Below are positions 52,647-64,000 of a stretch of DNA of 64,000 bases, one piece after another. The notes beneath the pieces were generated by a model. The model had not been told where the DNA came from, did no database searches, and saw only the letters and a program-made list of their open reading frames with translations. Source of the DNA: Eledone cirrhosa (taxonomy: Eukaryota); contig OZ024742.1 of NCBI GenBank assembly GCA_964016885.1, positions 314,836,001 to 314,900,000 on the forward strand, in the 5' to 3' direction. The stretch's first letter is position 1; each line of letters begins with the position of its first letter. The translations under genes were made by a program, and so were the position numbers.

Positions 52647-52963
52647 CTAACAATAGAAAATATATATATGAAATATGAAAATATATTTATAAAACATGTA
52701 AAACATGTAAAATATTAAAGTTTGAGGAAATTAGTTATGAGCATCTCTTCGACATTTTCTTCGACACTGAAACCATGCAATTTTAGTAACTATATTTAAA
52801 CACCTTTCTTGATTCATGGATGGTGCTCTCAAAACCTGTAAACTTATATACACAAATTAGGTTTTTAGACATGCAATAAAGAATAGATTTTAGTGTATGG
52901 AATATAGAAGTGCGGGAAAATAATGATATAGATGTAAAACACTTTAGCTTGATATTTAGATTT

Positions 52964-53037
<74 letters not shown>

Positions 53038-53079
53038 AGAGAGAGAGAGAGATGGACCCTAATGGATAATAATAAATAA

Positions 53080-53152
<73 letters not shown>

Positions 53153-53296
53153 AATATAAATTCATCGAGAATCGCATTTCAGCGGGTAGAAAAAGCAAAA
53201 CGTAACGCAAATTCCGAGTCATACTGGCAAACTATAAAAGACCAGACCAATAAACATAGGTTATAAATGGGCTAAAAAAGACTAGAGCAATAAACA

Positions 53297-53596
53297 TCTA
53301 TATATATAAAACAGAGGATGTCTGTGTGTCTGTTTCCCTAAAACGCGAAAAGTACCCAACGGTTGTTTTTCGAACTTTACACGTGTAATAAATATGACCC
53401 CGGAAGTGTTTTGAGCAAAAATAAATTTCAAATTATTCTGTCCTGGGGATCGAATTAGTGAAGTGACCAATGTCTCTACATAATGAGAGAGTGAGAGGGG
53501 AGAGAAAGAAACGGTGAGGCGAAGTGACGAAGTGGCTTTTTCTCCTCTTCCTCCTTTTTCCATTCGTCACAGCGTTTTTCGATAGAATGTAAGTTA

Positions 53597-53650
<54 letters not shown>

Positions 53651-54699
53651 GAGTGAAAGAAAGAGACAGACTACAAGAGGGGGATAGCGGGAGGGAGAGA
53701 GAGAGTGAAATACGCTGTCTTTTGATACTGTCAAAGATAAATGTCGTATAACTATTATCATGTGTGCGTGTGTGTGTGTGTGCGTGTGTGAGCGTTCCAA
53801 TAAGAGTAAAATCAATTAACATGTGAGTGTGTGTATGTGCACATATGCGTGTGTGAGTTTGCCATATGTATATGTGTCTGTATCTGTATACACGTGTATA
53901 TATATATACATATATATATATGTGTAGGAGGTGAGTTTTATTGTAGTACAATAAAGCAATGCAGATATCGGATAAGAAGCACTCTACAGTTTGTAGGACT
54001 GGAGTATACATAATATATATTATTATTATATATATTTATATACATGTGTATATGTCGTCTGCTTCCCTTATGAGTTAGCGATCTCTTTCTCTTTCTCTTA
54101 GTCTTTCTCTTTTTAGATAGATACATAGATATGACGTCGCGCCTTCATAATATCTGTCTGTATGCCTGACTGTCTGCATTACGTCATTATGACGCGATCA
54201 GTGTGTGTGTGTATATATATTATTATGCCAGGGAACGTCTTCACGAACCAAAGTATCGTCTTCCTGTTTTCCAGATTGATTTTTTTAGTTTAAGAAGATC
54301 CCGTTAAGGTTGAAAGCAGCGATTCTTTGCTTAAACATTAATATGTTATTTTAATATAGATATTCGTGTACAAGTATTGTTGCATACACAAAAACAAAAT
54401 ATAAACAAACAAGGCCAAAGATTACATCAATTAGTCTTAGTTTATGTACTTCATACTGCTTTTAGATAGAATATCTCGTTAAGGGTGAAAGCAGGGATTC
54501 ATTGCTTAAACTTTAGTCTGTTATTTTAATATATATATATATATATATAATTATATATTTATGAACAGATATTTTTGCATACACAATAACAAAATATAAA
54601 CAAACGTATTTATTTCACGAGGTTCGATAAGGATAAATATATATCAAATATATAAGAACCCTATAGCAAATCCCGAGCAACGCCGGGCCATTCTGCTAG
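53297..54699 (+). mobile_element. non-autonomous Helitron
   Basis: A|TCTATATATATAAAA start; CCCG AGCAACGC CGGG hairpin then CTAG|T; no TSD; flanks rejoin as CAATAAACA|TAGGTTATAAA, also seen intact at ~53248. Confidence 0.9.
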
Positions 54700-54806
54700 T
54701 AGGTTATAAAGGCCATACAAAACTGAGAAGGCGGTCAAGAAGGCATAAACTACATAAGCCAAAAGAACAAGTCAAGCTAAACAGGTCAGACAAAATAAAT
54801 GACATA

Positions 54807-54841
<35 letters not shown>

Positions 54842-54844
<3 letters not shown>

Positions 54845-55538
54845 AGAAAAACGTGCTGCGGGGTTGCTAATGGGTTACATATGAATAAAGTTAGTCCTTC
54901 ATCAGTGATCTTCCAACCATCATTGGTATTTCATCGCTTTAAAGACCATATACCTCCGGTGGGTGCGAGCAACGGCTAAAAAAAGTCGTTAGGACACGTA
55001 AATAAAGGGAACACGAGTGTAAACAAACAAAAATGGTGAAGCAACGAAAAGTGAGGAAGAAGGAGTCAAGTCCCAAATTTCTATGAATTTAAATTCGGTG
55101 AAATCGTGAACGAGAGAGAATAAAGACCATCAAACCTGGTTGGAATGTAAGCAAGGAAGGAATTCCGTACAGGTCTAACGGGAGGAAGAAGGGATCTAGT
55201 CTGTGAATTCGGTGAACGTAAGTTCTGTGAAATCGTAGACGAGAGAGAGAAAAAAAGCGACCTGCCAGACCAAGGGTGCGAAAGAAAAGAATTACGCACA
55301 CGTCAAACGGGAAGAAGGAGGAGGAGGAGAGGTAGTAACAGAGAATGAGTGAGTGAAGGGTGAGGAAGAGGCTAACAGAGAGAAGATAGTGACTGCTAGA
55401 GAGGGTAAAGATATAGAGAAAGATGTAGCAGTAAGAACGAAATAGACGTGTAACAGCGGGGAAAAAAATATGTGTAAATATGAGAAAAACGTGCTGCGGG
55501 ATTGCTAATGGGTTACATATGAATAAAGTTAGTCCTTC

Positions 55539-55540
<2 letters not shown>
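54842..55540 (-). mobile_element. ORF-less element with ~60-bp terminal direct repeats and a partial HHR core, in (TA)n
   Basis: 54842-54901 equals 55481-55540; minus strand CTGATGAAGGACTA as at 17804, GAAA half missing. Confidence 0.65.
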
Positions 55541-55572
<32 letters not shown>

Positions 55573-55639
55573 ATATATAACAAACCTAACATATATATAT
55601 GAAAAAATGCAATATATATATATATATATACGTATATAC

Positions 55640-57880
55640 AGTATATACAAAAGAAATGAATACAAAGCAGTATATACCGTTAAAACATGTTTATATAACA
55701 ATGCACCTAGGTACGTTTCGCCCAGAACGGGCTTCTCAAGGGCATAGAAAACAAAAAAAATGATAGGTACGCGACCCAGGAGGGGTTTTAAGGTTAAATT
55801 CACATCAGAGTTCATTCTTTGTTTAAGGACATGTGTTGTTGTTGCCACAGAACAGGGGGAGTAACTCCGGCCGGTGCTTGAATAATTTTGTCCCACTGGT
55901 TTTTTACCCGTTCACATGATGGTGCTTTGCGTTATTATTTTGTGGGTGCTGCTTTACTAATGCCGGTTCGAGCCGGGTCCGGGATGCATATTTAGTTCAC
56001 AGATGTTTGTTTGCGCCGCCTGCCCAACGGAGTGTTATAGTTTGGGCAGGGGGACCCAGTTTATGGTTTTTATGTCACAGTCGGTTCCCACCCGAAATAA
56101 GACACTTGTATTCAGTGCCTACAGTTTATGACTGATTCGGCTCTGCTGTTTATGAGTTCGTGGGGTGTTCTTATGATGTAGTAAAGCTCCATGAAGCAAA
56201 GCTCGCACTTCCTCTTGAAATTGTATTGGCAGCCCTACCGACAATATCCCAGTGTGTGAAGAAGCTGATGTTGGCGTCTTTTAATGTAGTGACGTAATTG
56301 GCAAGTGACGTGGAGTGCCTTAGTCTTTTGTTTCCTGAAAGAGTGGAGATGTGTTCTAAATCGAGTTTTTAACTGGCCAGAGGTGGCCCTTATATAGTGT
56401 TTAACTCTATTATGGCTAGTTATAGTGCACCTATAAATAACATTATCAGTCAGGCAGTTTCCTCTGAGAAGGCAGCCTCCCCTGTCACGACAGTTGCATT
56501 TTCTGTTACGGTCGGTCCTACTTCCTGAAGTAAAGCTATTACTATTGCTACCTATGTTGTTATCTATGTCTCTATCTCGGTCATTGGTACTGTTATATCT
56601 CGAGACGTGCGGGGTAGTACCATTATCCCCCCGCTCGCCGCAGCCCGTTCAGTTGCCGGTGAGTGACCCGTGCAGGTCACCAGCATATTCCCTAGTCTCG
56701 CCTTGGTTATGTCGGTTTCGTCTGTTGGGGCTGCCACCAACACTATTGGGTGCTGTTAGAGCGACGTTAAGGCTATTAGTGTTGCTGTCGAGTCTAGATG
56801 TACCTGTGCTAAGGTGTCGTGTTTTGGTGATCTTACTGTGATTAGTTGCTCCTATGATGTCTGCTAGATTGGGGGTGGTAGAGAAGGATATTTTAACATT
56901 ATTCTTATTAAGAATTTTCCTGTATTTATGATTGGGTGGGAAGTTCTTCTCTAAGGCTTCGAAGAATATCTTCGGTATGTCGGAGGCCACACTCCGAGAG
57001 TAGGGGTGGTGGAACCATAGGACATTACGGTGGCGTTTCCGCTTTACCGTGGGTTTCCTACGGGTTGTGCTTCCTAGTTGACTGTACTTATGGTTGTTAC
57101 TGTGCTGTAGCCAGTTATGCGTCCCCTTCGCTTTATGTTCAGGTGGCCGCGCCTTCCTTCCGTTATTTTTATGCTAGACACCGGTTGGAGGGCGTTGGTA
57201 ATAGGCCACCGCCGTTGATAATCTTATAGTTAGGGAATAATTCTCGTAGGCTACAGCGGCTGGCGTTACCAATCTGGTGACCCTTACTGTGCTGTAGGTT
57301 ATCTTGGCCGCCACTCATGTAATTAACTATACGGCCAAGTTCCTTAGTGTGGTTCTCTATACTATGGTTCTTGACTCTGTCCTGGCTGCAGCGTACTCTG
57401 TTATAGGTATGGCTTACTATAACATTAGTCCTATGTTGAGGTTGGTTACTAGAGCTAGCGTTAAGGATATAGGATATTCTCCGGTTAAATCCGACATTCG
57501 GCCGCTTGGTTGAAGGTATCCTCGTTGGTGGAGAGCCTCGAGATCCTATGGGATATGCTATATACTATGGAGTTTAGAGTAGACTTAGGGTGGTTATATG
57601 CATAGTTTATATAAGACAGAATCTCGCTGGGTTTATGGCATGGCTTGTATAGGCCCGTACTCAACTCTATGGTTATGTCCAGGAAGTTGACTATCTAGTG
57701 GTTGAGGTCTATAGTCACGGATGGGCCATATATCTTGAAGAACCTGTGTATACGCTTTTTAAGGTTCTCTATCCTGGGGGGGGGGGGGCTATGGTTTCTA
57801 ACCGTAAATAGGGCATCGTCCCTCTATACACCTCCCTGTAGGGCCGGTATCTCGTCCCTGTAGGGCCGGTATCTCGTCCC
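55640..57880 (-). mobile_element. degraded Neptune-type Penelope-like element
   Basis: Frameshifted YR-DDA RT motif near 57815, KILNKNNVKISFS, CNC..C, VIY..YI, CELC. Confidence 0.85.
55701..55745 (-). ncRNA. HHR, U3-A8 variant, at 3' end of PLE 2
   Basis: ATGCCC-TTGAGAA-GCCC GTTCT GGGC-GAAA-CGTACC-TA^GGTGCAT; stem III one change from palindrome. Confidence 0.7.
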
Positions 57881-58128
57881 TAAGTCTATATGAAAAAATG
57901 CAAAGAATGTCTTCTACTTGTAATTCTAAACATTTTATTTTATAATATTATAATTTCACTATTTGGTTTAGTAGATCTAGTAAGTTAACAAAGAACTTAC
58001 AAATTATAAAATTATAAAATTATAAAATTAAATTGTTTAGAACTACAAGTGCAGTAATTATTTTCCTTTTTTCAAATATGCCTAACTATACCAAGTATTT
58101 CACGTATTTCACACATTTTGCATATACA

Positions 58129-58205
<77 letters not shown>

Positions 58206-58216
58206 ATATATATGTA

Positions 58217-58276
<60 letters not shown>

Positions 58277-58324
58277 TTTATCCCGGGGGTAACCACAGTA
58301 AGTATGGTAGAAAAGCAGGAAGCC

Positions 58325-58401
<77 letters not shown>

Positions 58402-58439
58402 ATATTAACAAATGGAAACTATATTTATAAAACCATATT

Positions 58440-58505
58440 TATTTCATTATACATATTTCAAGGGCCACCAAGGCAAACTATGGTGCGCTGTCATCAGATA
58501 AAATA
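58440..58505 (-). ncRNA. type I HHR of the 17357 family
   Basis: TATTTTAT-CTGATGA..GAAA-TATGTA-TA^ATGAAATA; a 3' half also at ~59815-59850(+). Confidence 0.78.
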
Positions 58506-58577
58506 TAATATAGGTTAGTTTTATAAATAAATATTGACATACTCTGAAAAAGTGCAACCATTCTGGTTGGAATCTCC

Positions 58578-58765
58578 TTATTAAAATAACAGATTAAAGT
58601 TTAAGCAAAGAATCGCTGCTTTCACACTTAACGGGATCTTCTGAAACTAACAAAGTCAATCTGTGAACGCATTCTTTGCTTAAACTTTAATTTGTTGTTT
58701 TAATAAATATTTGCTCTACGGTTCTTATATATTTGATATATATTTATCCTTATCGAGCCCTCTTT
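58578..58765. mobile_element. foldback element with CAGAAGA HHR-like motif (58598-58648, minus)
   Basis: 58578-58613 is inverted at 58671-58706, followed by a tail. Confidence 0.75.
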
Positions 58766-59398
58766 GGATTTTAGTCTTCAAATTTATTATTATTACTATA
58801 TATATATATAGAGAGATATATATATATATACAGAGAGAGAGAGAGATAGAGAGAGAGAGAGGGGGGGACAGAGAGAGACGGAGATTGAGAGAGAGAGAGA
58901 GATTATGGGCGAAAGAAAGCACGAGAGAAAAAAGAGAGCGATCAAAACGTTATGAGATTAATATGTATGACAATTTCCTTTAATATCTGTCTAAAACATA
59001 ACAGAAATTACTACAGATGTATTTGCCGACACCTATTTACAAGTGACGTTGAGCCAACATAACTAGTGATTTCCGCCCAAAATACTATTCAATACACAAT
59101 GTTACTATTATGACTGGTTAGCCTGTAAAATAGTAATGGATATATTTTTAAAGTGTCCCGAATGTTTTTCAAATGTTTCCACTTATTTCCTTGGGTTATA
59201 TACGAATATATATCCACACACACACACACACACACACATACATATATATATCTGTATATAGTTGACGGCTGAGAGGAAAGTGTAGTCAGTAACAGAGTAG
59301 AGTTTTATTGTTTATTTTATTAAGGGTAAATATTTAGTCTTGTTAAACAGGCGAGGGTCCATAATAACAACACTCACTATCAAGTTTTAATAAAATGA

Positions 59399-59476
<78 letters not shown>

Positions 59477-59539
59477 GTATGTATATATATATATATATAT
59501 ATATGTATATTGGCAACATGACACTGCGAAAGTATAACA

Positions 59540-59604
<65 letters not shown>

Positions 59605-59771
59605 GAAAGAGAGAGCGAGAGAGAGAAAGAGAGAGATAAATAGATAGATATAAGCATATACGCACATACTTTCACTTACTTTCATACACAGACACACAAA
59701 CACACGGACTCACAAACACAGACATGCACACAATCACACACATATATATGTATATATATATATACACATAC

Positions 59772-59803
<32 letters not shown>

Positions 59804-60252
59804 ATTTGGTACCCTTGAAATATATATAATAGAATAAATATGGTTTTATACATATAGTTTACATTTATTAATATCATTGATATATATATATATAAATTAA
59901 TAAAAACAATGAAATAAAAACAAAGAACAATTTCATTGTTTTTATTAATCTATCTTGATTCTGTTTTCCTATGATTTTTATCGAAAAAGGTTTTGAATGC
60001 ATCTTTTCTTTTCATGATATCATCTATATTTGGATTACATTGAGTTATTCATACGGATTGGACACTACCTATATTTTGGTAGATTTATATACATATATAT
60101 ATATATATATAATAAATAAAATAATAGGAGGCTAGACTGGTGTAAATAATATTACATCAAGATTGACCATACGGAATGACCAATTCTATCCAGTGGTGAA
60201 CCAACAAACCTAAATAAATACATATATATATATATATATTCTTTTCCGTTTA

Positions 60253-60305
<53 letters not shown>

Positions 60306-60321
60306 TAAAATAACAGATTAA

Positions 60322-60372
60322 AGTTTAAGCAAAGAATCGCTGCTTTCACCCTTAACGGGATCTTCTGAAACT
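60322..60372 (-). ncRNA. CAGAAGA-core HHR-like motif, best copy
   Basis: AGTTT-CAGAAGA-T CCC GTTAA GGG T-GAAA-GCA GCGATTCTT TGC-TT^AAACT. Confidence 0.7.
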
Positions 60373-60531
60373 AACAAAGTCAATCTGTAAACGCAGAACT
60401 GGATATTTAAAAAAAAGGAGGGTAAGTGTGAGTATGTGAGTATGTGTATGTAAATTTAATTATTACTGTTTAAAATGCATAAATATATTGCATGTTAACA
60501 CTTAGTGGTGTCATCATCTATAATATCTTAC

Positions 60532-60584
60532 CTTGCAATCTCTCAGCTGTGTGTAATATGCGTCCAGATACTGGTAATCAACGT
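60532..60584 (-). CDS. possible upstream exon (VDYQYLDAYYTQLRDCK)
   Basis: Strong AAG|GTAAGA donor in phase 0; acceptor purine-rich and weak. Confidence 0.3.
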
Positions 60585-61088
60585 CTTATTTTCATTCCCT
60601 CGCACTATTACATTTTATTAAACCTATCTATTTATCCAACTAAAATACTGCGTTGAATAACAATCCATTTGTATATAGATATATCAGCTTATCATGTTCT
60701 CTTTCTTACAGAGATATCTGCGTTTCTTTTGCAGGGTAGAATACACATTGATAAAGATGTGTTAGAAATGCTCTAGTTGTGGTGTTTTGTTTGTTGGTTA
60801 CTCGTTTTGTTTGGTTGGATGACAAGGTTCATTATTTAGATTTATCACCTTCAAATGTCTGTTAAAATAACAGGTCACAATTTAGACATATCACATTCAC
60901 CCACACCTCTTCAACGTCTCTCATGTTGTATCACGTCATATGTGTATTATATAACATGTCTATTTATTTTCATTTAATTATCTTACTCTTCCTCATCCTC
61001 ACTCTATCACCTTTTCATGGGTCATTTTATACCTCCGTGTATACGTTTAAATACATATGCTCACAATCATATTTTTGTTATCATTTTC

Positions 61089-61119
<31 letters not shown>

Positions 61120-61522
61120 AGACAAAGCAAATGTGGTAAGGAACCAGATGGACCATAACGCACCAGAGTACTCAATAATTAGGGTAGTAGAGTGGGTAAT
61201 AGGAAAAAGTATGACCCCGGACGGCAGAGCTTAAGCCGTTTCGACGGCTATTTCTGGACTAGTCTATATATACTGGTGCATTAGTTCAGCCGAAACTCGA
61301 GTCCGGGAACTATTATAGGCACCCGTTCTACGTGTGTTGTATTGAAGCGAATAACTATGTGTATACTCTGGCAATGTATCTTACATTGCCCATGGAGAAC
61401 GCTGAGATACAACCGGTACTGGCATTGATAAATATTCTGGGTCCGTCAATTCCTTATTATATATATATATATGTATGTGTGTGTGTGCGTGGGTGTTTGT
61501 GTGAGAGTGTGTGTGTGTGCGC

Positions 61523-61553
<31 letters not shown>

Positions 61554-61598
61554 TGTGTGTGTGTATGTGTGTGTGTGTGTGTGCGTGCATATATATAC

Positions 61599-61982
61599 AT
61601 TGTTATACTTGGGGAGGGTCATATCATTATAATATTGCCAGAAATAATAACAAAACACACTCACCGTTTGGTTTGGGTTGGTTTTCGTTTCTGTATCTGT
61701 TATATCTCCAAACCAAACAATGTTCTGTTATTATTTCTGGCAGGGCGGTCAATTGGCAGTATCGGTAGAGAGTCGGACGCCATGCTTTCCAGCATAGTTA
61801 CGTCCCTTTACGGTCTGAGTTCAAATCCCGCCGAGGTCTACTTTGCTTTTCATCCTTATGGGGTCGATAAAATAGAGTACCAGTAATGTACTGCGTATTT
61901 GCTGGCCTTGTGCCAAAAGTAGAAACAGTTATTATTTCTGACAATATTATAACAATATGACCCTCCCCAAGTATAACAATAT
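61599..61982. mobile_element. foldback element interrupted by a SINE
   Basis: Arms TTGTTATACTTGGGGAGGGTCATA..; single arms at ~4250, 17484 and 50520, all beside (TA)n. Confidence 0.8.
61743..61927 (+). mobile_element. tRNA-derived SINE, full length
   Basis: 16-bp TSD GTTATTATTTCTGRCA at 61727-61742 and 61928-61943. Confidence 0.95.
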
Positions 61983-62027
61983 TTGATTCGACATACGATT
62001 TCATATCAAAAACGTTGCAAATCAAAT

Positions 62028-62088
<61 letters not shown>

Positions 62089-62097
62089 CAATATAGG

Positions 62098-62172
62098 TAT
62101 TCCATTACCCAAGGTTTCGCGAAGTTAGTCGATTCTAACTGAAACGTTTGATATCGCTCATCAGATGAAATA
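62098..62172 (-). ncRNA. canonical type I HHR in left arm of foldback 62098-62275
   Basis: TATTTCAT-CTGATGA-GCGA..TCGC-GAAA-CC TTG GG-TA^ATGGAATA; right-arm copy has CTGATGG. Confidence 0.9.
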
Positions 62173-62366
62173 TCTTGATTATGGATATACATAATAAAGA
62201 TATTTCATCTGATGGGCGATATCAAACGTTTCTGTTAGAATTGTCGAACTTCGTGAAACCTTGGGTAATGGAATAATTATGTTGTGTTCTTTATTACATA
62301 ATGAAATAGCTCTGTACTATACATATAGCACTCTTCTTTCCTTTACCTTTTCTACGGAAATACTTA

Positions 62367-62398
<32 letters not shown>

Positions 62399-62590
62399 GT
62401 GCATGTTTATGTATATTTACATACACACACACATACACATATATACATACATACTTACACATATGCATATAAATATATATAAACATTGAAAGGGTATATA
62501 TATATAATTAGACATAGTCACAGATACATATATGAGTTTGGCCACGGTGTGACTCAATGAAGAATTAATTGAATAATTATTAATTAGAGC

Positions 62591-62790
62591 TATATATAAA
62601 AATGTAAGACCAAAGAATCATTAGATAAAATATATACAGTATTTCCTCTCCCAATCAGTATAAATTAATCACATAAAAAATCATTTAAACGAGGCTATAA
62701 GTTTAAAATGTTTATTTGGTTAATTATTGGGAGAGGAAATACTGTATATATTTTATCTAATGATTCTTTGAACTTACATTTTTATATATA
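62591..62790. repeat. foldback element with ~63-bp arms
   Basis: Direct inverted repeat; GAAA-TACTGTA-TA may be an HHR remnant. Confidence 0.8.
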
Positions 62791-62795
62791 TAAAC

Positions 62796-62874
<79 letters not shown>

Positions 62875-63280
62875 CGTGTGTGTATAACACAAGTAAAAAT
62901 AAACTATATGGATATATACACATATATACACGTACAAACTGAGTTATCTAACGAGAGTTAAGATTGCCAATCAATAATATATTTAGCCTGAGTGTGTTTA
63001 TGTTGTTATATAGAGTAATATAGAAGTAATCTCATTTACAGTTAGAATTAAAAGGTGACATATATAACATAGAGCTTATATAACACATTAGCATCAAACA
63101 ACATATTTCTTTAATCATTTAGCACATTACTAGTGAGAAATAGTGACAACAACAACTGCAACATTACTAGTACCAACTGAACAGCTAGAACAACAAAAAA
63201 CATTTGTATATATAATATCAAAACCATGGGCAACAAAAACAACATTAGTGACATCATGAACATCAACAACAACGACAGCA

Positions 63281-64000
63281 GTGACGAAAACAACAGCAAC
63301 AACAAGACCGATGGAAATATTAATTATGTCAAAAAACAAAACTACAACAAAAACGTTCTCGGACATCACAAACACAAATAAAAGAGGAATGTTTGTATTA
63401 TCAATGGAAAACAAACACGTTGAATTGGCCCAGGCCAAACAAAACAATAAAATACGAAGGCAAGAAGGCAGTGGCAAGGGTGCCACGCTAAATAGTAGCA
63501 GAATAGGCAATAGAAATCCGGTCTGTTACCAAACTGTGTGCTTATCGACCAGGCGACCCGAACTGGCTACTGTTACTCAAGTGGAAAAGGCCCTCAAAGA
63601 AGTAATGATTGATTATGTTCACATTTTACCAGCAAGGTAGTCGACCAGCGTTGAGATCCTCTTTAAAAGCGAAGACCTTGCACAAAAACATTCAGTGACG
63701 CCTCGTTGCATGGAGGAGTTTATACTCTATCCAACCTATCTCTCAAGAATGACGGCCAGGCTGAGAATACCAGGTATTTTGCCAGGCATAAACATCTGGT
63801 GGATTGTTAGTTGCGTTGAGCTTGGAGATCCGGTAAAATATGTCTCGGATATATCTGGAGATTCTACTTCATGTAAAGACAGAAGAAATACCAAAGATAC
63901 CGGAACAAATACAGTTGCCAAACGGCAAAAAACAAAAGTCTCATCTATGTATCTCGATAGGACATTTGAGAGCCTCCTACACGCAAAAAGCAGGAGACCA
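63281..64000 (+). pseudogene. third, diverged Tx1-type ORF1 remnant
   Basis: VCYQTVCLSTRRPELATVTQVEKAL aligns with VTYRTVSTKSRRVERATEAQIQKAL; stop at 63638. Confidence 0.75.

Noticed and set aside
61743-61835. tRNA gene
   Set aside because: A and B boxes present but over-long spacing, no cloverleaf, SINE body and TSD.

Overview
AT-rich, microsatellite-saturated metazoan DNA; the SINE families, C2H2-tailed RTE LINEs and repeat texture suggest an octopus/coleoid cephalopod (inference). Four small minus-strand exons (52646-52336, 21582-21519, 10583-10520, 5428-5262) splice in phase into the C-terminus of an unidentified host protein, so most of the window is probably intron. It holds two tandem Tx1/L1-clade LINEs in (ATT)n, a chain of RTE insertions in (ATGT)n including a bipartite non-autonomous derivative, two Neptune-type Penelope-like element (PLE) remnants, CRE fragments, tRNA-derived SINEs, a mariner, two MITEs and a non-autonomous Helitron. 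Most notable: (1) about ten distinct type I hammerhead ribozyme (HHR) families, many in short foldback elements planted in (TA)n, including a multicopy family with a non-canonical CAGAAGA core and two U3-A8 families; (2) a covarying YUUGU pentaloop hairpin shared by the Tx1 3' end, both Tx1 5' UTRs and the SINE 3' end; (3) a putative 52-53 nt intron that would fuse Tx1 ORF1 to ORF2 in frame. All structures were folded by eye; none is tested.
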